DNA of 18,404 nt from a virus (lineage: Duplodnaviria; Heunggongvirae; Uroviricota; Caudoviricetes), in the IMG/VR virus record IMGVR_UViG_3300029713_000154; one strand, given 5' to 3'. Position numbers and translations under genes: made by a program. Positions 7,565 to 16,133 of this stretch are shown in pieces (positions within the stretch are counted from its first letter, which is position 1; the number at the start of each line of letters is the position of its first letter). The notes beneath the pieces are model-generated. The model worked only from the letters and a program-made list of their open reading frames with translations. It made no database searches and was not told where the DNA came from.

Positions 7565-7569
7565 AAACG

Positions 7570-8271
7570 TCAGTGTGTATGGTGGTTGGAGTTGCCACCG
7601 CTGTCCTGCAATGCGCCGCTGGCCTGAACGTTGCCGATCACGTTGACATTGCCAGTTATCGTGGCGGCGTTACCGATGCCTCCACTTCCTGCCATCCCGC
7701 CAAGCCAGGTGAGTTTTTTCATTACCGTGACATTGCCAGTAAAGGTGCTCATGGGCGCATCTACCGTCACTGCTGCCGCTTTAACATCGACCTTAGTGGC
7801 GTCGATGCTGACATCGGTCGCTTTAATATCGACGGTATCGGAAGTCACGGTGACCTGTTGGGCTTTAATCTCAACGTTGGGTGATGTCAGGCGGGTACTG
7901 TCGATAACCTCAATCACGATTTTCTCGATACCGCCGTTAATCGTCAGCTGGTGGGTGCTGCGGTCATATTCAAACGCTGCGCCATCAGAAAACTGGACGT
8001 AACGTTTATCGCGCGAGGCCACAGGCGCGGTGTCAACCGTAGAATAAACTGCGCCCAGCACCACGCCATCTTCACCGTTATTGTCCAGCAGAACTTCCAC
8101 TTGCTCGCCCATATCCGGTAGCCAGTAGTCTTTATTGTCCTGGGAATTGCGTTGAAGTACCGCAAGCCAGTTGCTCTTCAGATTGTCACACTCCGGAAGC
8201 GTGACTCGCACCCGAACGCTGGTTTCGTCAATATCGCTGATAATCCCCGTTTGACGGGTTACTCCTTTCAT
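7570..8271 (-). CDS. baseplate central spike, gpV family
   Basis: 233 aa. The N-terminal OB-like region (GIISDIDETSVRVRVTLPECDNLKSNWLAVLQ) is followed by a repetitive beta-helix-like V/T/D-rich segment and a His-rich tip (NSNHHTH). Confidence 0.85.
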   Translation of the reverse strand: MKGVTRQTGIISDIDETSVRVRVTLPECDNLKSNWLAVLQRNSQDNKDYWLPDMGEQVEVLLDNNGEDGVVLGAVYSTVDTAPVASRDKRYVQFSDGAAFEYDRSTHQLTINGGIEKIVIEVIDSTRLTSPNVEIKAQQVTVTSDTVDIKATDVSIDATKVDVKAAAVTVDAPMSTFTGNVTVMKKLTWLGGMAGSGGIGNAATITGNVNVIGNVQASGALQDSGGNSNHHTH

Positions 8272-8280
8272 ATTTCCTCC

Positions 8281-9321
8281 TTACTGGCTGGTCGCTGGCC
8301 CGCGTGACACGTCGATTTCAGTGGTATAGCCGCTGCGCACAAAACTGTGAGTCGATTTATCAATCAGCCACTGACCGGAAAGCACGCCAAAATCGGTCAG
8401 TTCAATTTTATTGCCCGCCGTCAGTTCCGGGCAGCCCATCATCCTGAGCGTTCCGGTTTGTTGATATTCGTTGTGGCTGTCGAGCGCGGCGTTGGCCTTT
8501 GCCTGTGCCGCGCCAACGTCCGGCGCCCGACTGTTCAGTTTTAGCGTGTCGGCACTGGTGCCGACTCCACGGGTAGACGGTTTTTGCTGGCTGTCGTGGG
8601 TGTAGATAACCAGTTCTTTTTTCTTACTATTTTGATGCTGTACGGTGGCATTTTTGTAGATACGGTTAATGGTATCTTTGAAGGTGAAATGCGAAACGTC
8701 TTTGCGGTCGATCGTTTTTACCGGCGCCAGGCAGCGCAGCGTGGGTAAATGCGAAAAAATCAGTTCTTTGGTGGTCACCTTTACCGCATAGCCATATTCG
8801 CTGGCCAGGCGCTTGAGAAATCCGACATCGGTTTCACCATACTGCGTTACCCGGTCGATGGTGAGCGGCTCGATTTTGCCCACCAGTTTCAGACCGTGCG
8901 TTTGGGCGATACGGCTGGCGATAGCCGAAAGCGTCGTTTCTTCAAAGCCCTGGCTGTTACGGGTACGCAGCGCCTGATTGACGGAAGTGGCGATGCCATC
9001 AATATTTACCGTAGAAGGTGGCGCTGAAATATCAATTTTATCAATAATATACTGACCACAATCGAGCAGCTTTTCCCCCTGATAACCCATATGCAGCGCC
9101 AGCGTATCGCCTTTGCCGGGATACCACTCTTTTATCCAGCGTCCATCGGTGTCATCCAGTGTAATCGCGATGGTATCTGACTCGTTTTTGATGCTGTCGT
9201 GGTAACTGATGCTGGTGACATAGGGTGTGATGTCATAAGTGATATCTTTATGCCCATACCAGAGGGTAAAAATGGGCGTGAGTGTGGCAAAGACGCCACC
9301 AGTTACGCTTATCTCAGCCAT
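8281..9321 (-). CDS. baseplate hub, P2 gpD (late control D/VgrG-N-like) family
   Basis: 346-aa ORF directly after gpX, overlapping it by 13 nt. Size and order (U-X-D-V) match the P2 tail module. Confidence 0.85.
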   Translation of the reverse strand: MAEISVTGGVFATLTPIFTLWYGHKDITYDITPYVTSISYHDSIKNESDTIAITLDDTDGRWIKEWYPGKGDTLALHMGYQGEKLLDCGQYIIDKIDISAPPSTVNIDGIATSVNQALRTRNSQGFEETTLSAIASRIAQTHGLKLVGKIEPLTIDRVTQYGETDVGFLKRLASEYGYAVKVTTKELIFSHLPTLRCLAPVKTIDRKDVSHFTFKDTINRIYKNATVQHQNSKKKELVIYTHDSQQKPSTRGVGTSADTLKLNSRAPDVGAAQAKANAALDSHNEYQQTGTLRMMGCPELTAGNKIELTDFGVLSGQWLIDKSTHSFVRSGYTTEIDVSRGPATSQ

Positions 9322-9521
9322 GGTGGGATCTCCGATAAGGTTTTATTGACGGAAATGACCGGAATAATGAGCTGAATACCGGAAGGCAGTACCGGGTAAA
9401 TGGCGACATGTGGATTGGCGACGATTATGCGTTCATAAGCCAGCGCATCACCGTAGTAATGCCATGCCAGATTATCCCAGCGTTCGCCGTCGGTGGTGAT
9501 ATGTTCAAGGTATCGCATCAC
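9309..9521 (-). CDS. tail protein X (LysM-like), P2 gpX family
   Basis: 70 aa. MMRYLEHITTDGERWDNLAWHYYGD...ERIIVANPHV resembles gpX. There is a 4-nt overlap with the gpU-like gene. Confidence 0.85.
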   Translation of the reverse strand: MMRYLEHITTDGERWDNLAWHYYGDALAYERIIVANPHVAIYPVLPSGIQLIIPVISVNKTLSEIPPWLR

Positions 9522-10471
9522 CAGATCCTCGTAATGGTCGCGGCAGCAAGCTGGCTCACTGTGGGAGTGGTTTGTTGTACCGTTGTTCGTGCCTGATCAA
9601 CCAACGTTGCGGCTTTATCAAACGTCGCTTCGGCGATGTCGCTGGTAATGTCGTCGAAAAGCGCCTGAGCATGGTCAACCAGTGTACTGGCGTCATTGGC
9701 GCAGTCCCGGATACCTGGCATGTTACCCAGTAAAGTTTTAATCTGCGCCGACAACGCTTTTGGGAGTCCTGCCAGCGTTTGCAGATCCATTGGCTGTTTA
9801 AACAGGGTTTCGATGGCGTCGATTGTCTTTTTCAATGACGTAATTATCTTTTCACACTTTTCTTTTAACACTTTGGCCTCTTTAATCATTGCTTTCACTT
9901 TTGCCACCGTTTTTTTAATATCTTCAATGGCTTGTGTCAGTTCATCCAGCATCTCTTTGGCCTTACGCATACCTTCTTCGATGGCGTTTAATATCTGATC
10001 AAACCAGGACTCCACCATGTCGGGAAAATCGCTCGCCTTTTCCTCAATGTTAGGCTCCTGGGTGGTAATCGCCGGAGGTAAAAGTGGATTTTTAGGATCG
10101 CCGGTGTACTCCTGGAGCGACATCGTTCCGTTTTGGGCAATCACATTGCCCCAGGGATCGGTGTGCTGGTGGGTGGCGGTTAGCTCCGTAATTACAAACC
10201 AGCCGCGATAATCGCCATTGCCAAATACCAGTGCCATCGCCTTGTGAGCAAGCATGGCTTCACGCAGTCGATTAAGCTCTGTTGTGGGCTGGCAAAACTG
10301 GCTGTGCAGGGAAAATTCCAGCGCCAGCATATCCAGCTTATCGCCAATAAACTGCACACCGGGTTTGCCTTCTATACGGGCATGTGTGGCGTAATCCACG
10401 CCCATTGTGCTTTTAAAGCCGTCCCAGAATGCGACAACCTTAAATTCAATCTCTCCTAAAACGGCATACAT
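9518..10471 (-). CDS. tail protein, P2 gpU / Mu gp43(N)-type N-domain with long helical C-terminal extension
   Basis: 317 aa. The first ~125 aa (MYAVLGEIEFKV...GKPGVQFIGDKLDMLALEFSLHS...GDYRGWFVITELT) look like the GpU family. The remaining ~190 aa are Lys/Glu/Ala-rich and predicted coiled-coil. Confidence 0.75.
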   Translation of the reverse strand: MYAVLGEIEFKVVAFWDGFKSTMGVDYATHARIEGKPGVQFIGDKLDMLALEFSLHSQFCQPTTELNRLREAMLAHKAMALVFGNGDYRGWFVITELTATHQHTDPWGNVIAQNGTMSLQEYTGDPKNPLLPPAITTQEPNIEEKASDFPDMVESWFDQILNAIEEGMRKAKEMLDELTQAIEDIKKTVAKVKAMIKEAKVLKEKCEKIITSLKKTIDAIETLFKQPMDLQTLAGLPKALSAQIKTLLGNMPGIRDCANDASTLVDHAQALFDDITSDIAEATFDKAATLVDQARTTVQQTTPTVSQLAAATITRIW

Positions 10472-12846
10472 CAGGCATACCCCCGGCGCTGTTGTTGCGC
10501 CATTACGTCGTTAATCATTCTTTCAAGTTCGCGTTTACTCATCGTCAACACGTTCTGAATCTCTTTAGTGGTGTTTTGTCCGTTACCCTGCACGGTAATC
10601 TGTGGCGAAAAATTCACCTGAACTTTTCCAGAGGAACGGGAAGGTAGCGTCGCCGGTTTGGTTACGGATTTACCAGGTAAAGAGGCCAATGCGGGTTTGG
10701 CGGCTGTATTTTTTGCCGCAGGTGCCGATGGCGGCGTTGTCGTTTTACTGGATGGCGCGAGTTGTTTCCCCACCGGAGGCGTTAAAATCGCACCGGCAAC
10801 GCCTGGAACAACGCTCGCGGGGGAGACGGATGCGGTATTAGTCGTGCTTGTAATAGCTGTAGCCGATCCTTCTGTACTAATACCCATCGTGGTTTTTAGC
10901 CAGTCTGGGATGACGTTTTTGACCTGATCAATAATGCCTTTCAGAGCGGGGAAGGCATTCATTATGCCGTCGGCCAGGCTAGCCAGAAGATTGCTGCCGA
11001 ACTCGCTAAAACTCGCAGGCATTTCAACACCAAACCAATTCATCACACTGGAAAAGGCGCTATAGAACAACTCCAGCGGCGACCAGTCGAGAATTAACCG
11101 ACAAATTTCTGCAATGCCGCCGTCAAAGGCCGTGGTGATACGTTGCCAGATGGTAGAAAAGAACCTGGAGATAGGCTCCCAGTTGCGATAAATCAGATAA
11201 GCAGCGCCCGCAATCGCAGTGATGACCAGACCAATGGGATTCATCAATAAAACCCTACCCAACCAGAAGACGGTCTGACCTGCCTGTTTCAGTGCGCCAA
11301 TCAGGCCACGACCAAGCAGTTGCGTTAGCCATTTTGCACCGCCACCCAATGACTTAACCGCTGATAGCATCTTACTTGCCCCGCCTGTGAGTGCCAGACT
11401 TGCCCTGACTTTCAGGAAGATATCGACCAGACGAATAAACGGCGAGGCGATGAAGTTCGCGCCCAGTTTTAAAACATTCAGCGCGCCGTTAAACAGCCAA
11501 ATCGCCCCGACGATTTTCGCAATGTTTTGCACCAGTGCCGGGTGCTCACGTAGCCAGGCGCTGAACTGGCGAACAACCGGCGTAAGGCTTTGTGCCAGCT
11601 CGCCAATCAGCGGCATTAATTGCAAGCCAATGCTGAGCCATAAATCATTTAACGCCAGCTGTAACGCTTTAGTCTGTTCAATGGGCGAGGCCATTTGCGC
11701 AGAAAAGTCGGCATCAATCAGATTCTTGCTGCTGGCTTGCATGGCAGAGGCTTTTAACTGGCGATATTCCTCCATATTCGCCAGCATAGGTGCCAGGAAT
11801 TCCACAGTTTGCGCATCGCCGAACATTTCGCCCAGATTAAATTGCGTCACCATCGATTGCAGCGCATTGCTGCGAGCAGATAAATCTTCAATCTGCATAG
11901 TGCGTTTGAAGGTGCCGAGGATCGCCGGATTCATCTTCTCAAGCTGCATTTGCACGATATGAGTCATGGCTTCGCTAACACCCATACCGTTTTGCTGATG
12001 CTCAAGCAGAGAGCCTTGCAGATCAACGCCCTGGCTGGCGAACCAGTTATCGGTTTTTTTCGAAAAGGTGGTTTGCAGAAAGTGGTCGAAATTCTCCGCC
12101 GCCGCACTGGCGCTGGCCCCGTTTTTCATGGCGATCTGCATGATGGCGGTCAGTTCAGCCATACCTTCCAGACCCTGAGCGCCGGTTTTACCTGCAAATT
12201 TCTCTATCCACTGCGTTTGTTCGGCAACGGCAGGCCCACCGCTTTTGCTAATGCCATACATCATGTTTTGCGTGGCGTGGAAATTTTCCGGGGCAATATT
12301 CAATCGATCATGAGTCGCGAGCGCGGCATTCGCCCACGTTTCAGCACTTTCGCGCGTGGCGGTGGCAGCTTTGGCGATCTCCGGCATATAACGGTTGAGA
12401 TCCTGCATCGACGACAAATTGCCTTCGATCAGCGTTTGGGCTGCGTTCTGTAAGGTGGTCTGCTGCTGGTTAAAATCCATGCTCCAGTCGCGCAGATTAA
12501 GGCTGAGCGTCTCGCGGGTTGTAGCATTCATCCCACCTTTGGTCGCCATATTGACCATGTTGTCCTGGAACTCATATGGCAACTTCCAGTCGGGGGCTTC
12601 AACATTGAATACCTTGCTAAATTGCCCGGCAAATGTTTGGGTTTTCTCCATTAGATCAGCGCGGTTCCGGCTATTTTCCTCCAGGCGGAGAGCAGAATCG
12701 GCAAGTTGCTGCGTTAGTTTGATTACTGTCGCTTGCTGAGAAGAGAGAGCTAACAAAGTTCTGGCGTTGAGTGAGCCGTAACGGGCTATTGCCTGCGTCA
12801 ACGTCTCATTACGCGCCTGAAGCTGGGTAATAATATCGTTGGCCAA
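10471..12846 (-). CDS. tail tape measure protein
   Basis: 791 aa, helical and Ala/Gln-rich, with central hydrophobic segments and a Pro/Ser/Thr-rich tail. It sits after the chaperone pair. The only start after the upstream in-frame TAA is TTG at 12846, with AAGAGA upstream. Confidence 0.9.
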   Translation of the reverse strand: MANDIITQLQARNETLTQAIARYGSLNARTLLALSSQQATVIKLTQQLADSALRLEENSRNRADLMEKTQTFAGQFSKVFNVEAPDWKLPYEFQDNMVNMATKGGMNATTRETLSLNLRDWSMDFNQQQTTLQNAAQTLIEGNLSSMQDLNRYMPEIAKAATATRESAETWANAALATHDRLNIAPENFHATQNMMYGISKSGGPAVAEQTQWIEKFAGKTGAQGLEGMAELTAIMQIAMKNGASASAAAENFDHFLQTTFSKKTDNWFASQGVDLQGSLLEHQQNGMGVSEAMTHIVQMQLEKMNPAILGTFKRTMQIEDLSARSNALQSMVTQFNLGEMFGDAQTVEFLAPMLANMEEYRQLKASAMQASSKNLIDADFSAQMASPIEQTKALQLALNDLWLSIGLQLMPLIGELAQSLTPVVRQFSAWLREHPALVQNIAKIVGAIWLFNGALNVLKLGANFIASPFIRLVDIFLKVRASLALTGGASKMLSAVKSLGGGAKWLTQLLGRGLIGALKQAGQTVFWLGRVLLMNPIGLVITAIAGAAYLIYRNWEPISRFFSTIWQRITTAFDGGIAEICRLILDWSPLELFYSAFSSVMNWFGVEMPASFSEFGSNLLASLADGIMNAFPALKGIIDQVKNVIPDWLKTTMGISTEGSATAITSTTNTASVSPASVVPGVAGAILTPPVGKQLAPSSKTTTPPSAPAAKNTAAKPALASLPGKSVTKPATLPSRSSGKVQVNFSPQITVQGNGQNTTKEIQNVLTMSKRELERMINDVMAQQQRRGYA

Positions 12847-12947
12847 AATTGTTTCTCTTTAATTATTGATAATGGCCCACTGGTTATTTTTCTAAAAAAG
12901 GGGCTGGGAAGAAATAAACCTGGCGGGCTTTGAAGAACTCGCAGACA

Positions 12948-13076
12948 TCAGGTCTGCGAGCCATATTCGATCTTTATTTGGTCGCTGGCTTCATCCAGCC
13001 AGTTGCTAAAGTCATCTATGGTGAGCGCGTCTATCTCACTGGGTGGAAAGCGAAACCATCTCGCCAGTAGCGCCAT
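12948..13076 (-). CDS. GpE-family segment (E' extension of the tail assembly chaperone; frameshift product or small independent ORF)
   Basis: The frame +1 relative to gpE encodes ...RWFRFPPSEIDALTIDDFSNWLDEASDQIKIEYGSQT*. This resembles the conserved F-x-W-P-P-S-E...W motif of the P2 E+E' C-terminus as I recall it. An in-frame ATG at 13076 would give 42 aa. Confidence 0.55.
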   Translation of the reverse strand: MALLARWFRFPPSEIDALTIDDFSNWLDEASDQIKIEYGSQT

Positions 13077-13353
13077 TGCCTGCCATAGCTGGGGAGGATT
13101 CTGTAACCACGGTAAGCATGGATTGAAATCGTTTCTGCAATGCCTGGTAATCCAGCAAATCCATTTCAGCTAAATCTTCTGGCACCAGTCCGGTCATCGC
13201 CGCCATTAGCGGTTCATCCCACTCTTCGGGTTTTTCGCTGATCCGGCGCGCGTTGCGCATATCTTTTACTTTCAGGCGACGTAATTGCAGCGAGTCGATA
13301 GTATTTCCTGCTGCCGACGTAAATGGGAACTGTAAGATATAATGCTCTTTCAT
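13036..13353 (-). CDS. tail assembly chaperone, P2 gpE-like
   Basis: 105-aa acidic ORF between the tube and tape measure genes, with an AAGGA SD. ...RLKVKDMRNARRISEKPEEWDE... is typical of gpE-like chaperones. Confidence 0.8.
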   Translation of the reverse strand: MKEHYILQFPFTSAAGNTIDSLQLRRLKVKDMRNARRISEKPEEWDEPLMAAMTGLVPEDLAEMDLLDYQALQKRFQSMLTVVTESSPAMAGNGATGEMVSLSTQ

Positions 13354-13378
13354 TTTGTATCCTTATTTATGTTGCGAA

Positions 13379-13400
13379 GTTCGGGGCCGTAGCCCCGAAT
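13379..13400 (-). promoter_or_regulatory. intercistronic GC-rich stem-loop after the tube gene
   Basis: Minus strand: ATTCGGGGC TACG GCCCCGAAT (9-bp stem), starting 3 nt after the tube stop. There is no U-tract. It could be an mRNA-stabilising or attenuating structure separating highly expressed sheath/tube genes from the chaperone and TMP genes. Confidence 0.4.
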
Positions 13401-13403
13401 AAT

Positions 13404-13928
13404 TTAGCCACCGATGTTATTGCGATAGGTACTTAATTGATCCACGCCGTTAACCCGAAAAATATTCGCCATATAATCAAGTTCAAGCAGCGTTTCACCA
13501 TCGACCACTTGTTTAATATAAGTACAACCAAAGGCGCTGCTGAATTCCGGGTTTTCATTCTGTTTAAATGTGCCCAAGGGATTCTTTTTAAACATCACGG
13601 TTAAATGTGTCACTAACGCTAATTGATTCGCTTTCCCCTGGGAGTTATAGCAATCAATACTGGAGCGGCACTGTAATGCTACTGCCTGCCACGGGTTTGC
13701 CGTTTTACGCATTACGTCCTGATAAAAGGAGTTCCATTTAATTTCCCCCTCCAGTTTATCGAAACCAGCCGGGAGTTCGATTTTACCGACCATACCCAGT
13801 GCTTTATGCTCTTGCATAATTAAACTGACATCCGGCAATTTAATTTCGGTTGCACGACCTAAAAGATTATTACCATCGAGATAAATATTGGCGTTGGTAA
13901 TACGGTTAATTTGAATTTTTCCAGCCAT
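13404..13928 (-). CDS. tail tube protein, P2 FII family
   Basis: 174 aa, immediately after the sheath gene (TAATG overlap). The N-terminus MAGKIQINRITNANIYLDGNNLLGRATEIKLPD is typical of FII-type tubes. Confidence 0.9.
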   Translation of the reverse strand: MAGKIQINRITNANIYLDGNNLLGRATEIKLPDVSLIMQEHKALGMVGKIELPAGFDKLEGEIKWNSFYQDVMRKTANPWQAVALQCRSSIDCYNSQGKANQLALVTHLTVMFKKNPLGTFKQNENPEFSSAFGCTYIKQVVDGETLLELDYMANIFRVNGVDQLSTYRNNIGG

Positions 13929-15358
13929 TAGCTATTGCTCTCCAGAGAGACTAAATATTCAGAAGTAATTTCAGTTTCAAACGTCAGACGTTCCAGCGGC
14001 GGCGGCGGGGTGAATTTATAGCTAAGCAATAAATGCCCGGCGCTGAGTTCAGCCGGTGAATTTCGCGCCGGATCGTACCAGCACTCAAAGCCAAGCAGTG
14101 CGCCGTCGGCAATCAGTTTTCGGCCCCAGGTATTTACCGATTCGGTCAGCGCGTCAATAAGAGCCTGATTAATCGGCATATCAATATACTGCTGACTGAA
14201 ATAACGGATTGACTCATTAATTACATCGCCTGTCCGGCGAACGTTTTCAAAGTTACGCATATGGGTCACGGTAGGCCATGCCGCTGTGCGGTTGCCCCAC
14301 AAGCGCAGACCAGAACCGTAACTATTGAAAATAGTGGTAATGCCGTTTTCGTTGAGCTGATTCACTTCGCTTTGTGGATCATCAATCATTGCAGAAAGCG
14401 AACGTTCAATACCGGTAATACCCTGAATTTCCTGGTTTGAGTTGCTCCACCAGAAACCTTTTTCGAGGTCTACTTTGGCACGTAGCCCGGCAGCGCGCGA
14501 AGAGAGTGGTTCGAGAACTTCCTGGTTAGTGATGCCATCGTAAACTTTGACGTGTGGGTAACATAAACGCACACGATCAGAGCTGGTATTGAAGTTGATA
14601 GCCCCTTGCGAACCGCGTCCAGCCAATACCTGCTGGAATGTCGTCCCAATCGGAGCATCAATGTAGGTAAGCGCACCGAGTTTTTCCGCTTGTGCAATCA
14701 GCTCAGTAGTTACTGATTTTTGCGTACAAAACACGGGAGCAAGCAGGATTTTGGCGTAGAAACCGTACAGGTTATAGGTGTCCTGAAGGAGTTTCATCCC
14801 CGTGCGGTCGCCTGCGGTATTTACGGCACCGATAATATCGGCTGCGGTGACCTTTGTAGGGTCGCACCAGGAATAATAGGCGCAAACTTTCGCACCAGGA
14901 GGAATGTCGGCTCCTTTACGGGTAATTATGCCTGTTTGTTCATCTACGCTAAATGCTGCGGTGTTAAAGGTTGATGAATTTGATGAAGAGGGCTTTAGTA
15001 CCACGTTACGCACATTGCGGTGAGCGAGCTTCGCCTGGTTGTTAGCGTCAAAAGTGATACTCTCATTGCTGATGTTGGAGCCATGTTTTGCCGGATCCAG
15101 CACGTTAATCACCACCACCGTACCGGCACCGTGGTCATAAATCGCCTTCAGTGCCTGTGGGATCGTAAAGTTAGCCTGAGTCGAGCCAAACTGCGCAGCA
15201 TCGCTTTCAGAAAGGCATAATGTTGGTTTATTTACCGGACCGCAGGGGGCCGTACCGATTAAAGCGATGACGGCGGATTTTACCGCTTTAACCGGACGCG
15301 GGCCGGTTTCAATTTCAATGGTTTCTACACCGTGCAGGTAATTAGCTGCCATGTACAA
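13928..15358 (-). CDS. contractile tail sheath protein, P2 FI / Mu L family
   Basis: 476 aa. The position, the N-terminus (YLHGVETIEIETGPRPV) and the C-terminal LRLWGNRTAAWP motif are consistent with myophage sheath proteins. Confidence 0.95.
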   Translation of the reverse strand: MYMAANYLHGVETIEIETGPRPVKAVKSAVIALIGTAPCGPVNKPTLCLSESDAAQFGSTQANFTIPQALKAIYDHGAGTVVVINVLDPAKHGSNISNESITFDANNQAKLAHRNVRNVVLKPSSSNSSTFNTAAFSVDEQTGIITRKGADIPPGAKVCAYYSWCDPTKVTAADIIGAVNTAGDRTGMKLLQDTYNLYGFYAKILLAPVFCTQKSVTTELIAQAEKLGALTYIDAPIGTTFQQVLAGRGSQGAINFNTSSDRVRLCYPHVKVYDGITNQEVLEPLSSRAAGLRAKVDLEKGFWWSNSNQEIQGITGIERSLSAMIDDPQSEVNQLNENGITTIFNSYGSGLRLWGNRTAAWPTVTHMRNFENVRRTGDVINESIRYFSQQYIDMPINQALIDALTESVNTWGRKLIADGALLGFECWYDPARNSPAELSAGHLLLSYKFTPPPPLERLTFETEITSEYLVSLESNS

Positions 15359-15539
15359 TTTCCTCTACGTTATTTTGTTCTTCCTGAGTGATGACAGGAG
15401 TCAGATGATTGCGGGCAATCATGGTCATGACCCACTCGTTGTCTTCTGGCAGATCAATTTCACTGTTCGGCCACAATAAGATTTCTTGTCCATCGGCAAG
15501 GGTGACGCCGCTTGCCGGGCCGTTGTAGATGTATTTCAT
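15342..15539 (-). CDS. small tail-module protein (Mu gp38/DUF2635-like by position)
   Basis: 65-aa ORF overlapping both neighbours (ATGA with the upstream gene, 17 nt with the sheath gene). The assignment is by synteny with Mu/BcepMu-type tail modules only. Confidence 0.55.
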   Translation of the reverse strand: MKYIYNGPASGVTLADGQEILLWPNSEIDLPEDNEWVMTMIARNHLTPVITQEEQNNVEEIVHGS

Positions 15540-15991
15540 TCAGTTTCCTCGTAGTTAACTTCCGTAAGCAGGGGAAGATCCGTGCTTTCCTGTTCAGCGA
15601 TAAACAGCGAGCTGGTCGCCATTTCCAGGATGTAGCGGCAGAAACCGCCGCTCTCACCCGTATTAATTTCTTTTTCAAGCCAAAGCAGACGATCGCAATC
15701 AGGAAGCTGAAGGCCGCCCAATGCGCTGCGTATGCAATCAAGTGCGTTTAACGCGTCACAATTTTTGTCAACAATAACGGTGGCGGTTAAGCGGAGTATT
15801 TGCTGTTGCACGATGGCATCACTGCTTTCGGGTGTGGTAAAGACAGAACCGCTATAATTAATAATCACTGCAACTTGTTGTGTCTGTGGAATATATTTCT
15901 GGGCATCCGTAGATGAAATAAATATATCCATTTCAGGATGCCGATCACGTAATTTGACCATGACATAATTCATTGCAGATAAAATTTTCAT
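15536..15991 (-). CDS. tail completion/terminator-like protein (Mu gp37 / BcepMu Gp37-like by position)
   Basis: 151-aa ORF that is the first gene of the tail block. The family call rests on synteny (gp37-gp38-sheath-tube) and size, not on a recognised motif. Confidence 0.55.
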   Translation of the reverse strand: MKILSAMNYVMVKLRDRHPEMDIFISSTDAQKYIPQTQQVAVIINYSGSVFTTPESSDAIVQQQILRLTATVIVDKNCDALNALDCIRSALGGLQLPDCDRLLWLEKEINTGESGGFCRYILEMATSSLFIAEQESTDLPLLTEVNYEETE

Positions 15992-16037
15992 ATGAGGTGT
16001 ACCTTAATTACCGCTCACTTCGTTATCGTTGAGATGT

Positions 16038-16094
16038 ATTATGAAGCAGTGAAGGTGAAGAATCTTTTAATGTGATTTAGAGAAAAAATTGAAT
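16038..16094 (-). promoter_or_regulatory. candidate activator-dependent late promoter (copy 1 of a conserved module)
   Basis: Minus-strand 31-mer ATTCAATTTTTTCTCTAAATCACATTAAAAG (16094 down to 16064). CTAAATC (16080-16074) is followed by exactly 30 nt and then CATAAT (16043-16038). The -35 position reads AAGATT, a poor match, as expected for Mor/C-type activated promoters. Confidence 0.4.
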
Positions 16095-16097
16095 GGC

Positions 16098-16133
16098 TAT
16101 AAAAAATCCCCACACTTACGTAAAGGTGGGGAT
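16098..16133 (-). terminator. rho-independent terminator between the lysis cassette and the tail genes
   Basis: Minus strand: ATCCCCAC, a 12-nt loop, GTGGGGAT, then TTTTTATAG. The hairpin begins 4 nt after the stop of the 104-aa gene. Confidence 0.7.

Noticed and set aside
7573-12739. Multiple 60-190-aa plus-strand ORFs (e.g. 7631-8002, 9696-9998, 11387-11962, 11950-12453, 12395-12739)
   Set aside because: All lie antisense within well-supported tail genes, have odd composition (Cys/Arg/Ser-rich or low complexity) and lack ribosome-binding sites. The same reasoning applies to the minus-strand ORFs inside the SPFH and NTase genes (667-940, 1235-1609, 1689-1874, 2034-2261).
13031-13140. Canonical -1 programmed frameshift for gpE/E'
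   Set aside because: The -1 frame terminates at TAG 13033-13031 just after the gpE stop and encodes nothing GpE-like. No T-TTT-TTG-type heptamer is present. The conserved-looking extension is in the +1 frame instead (see findings).
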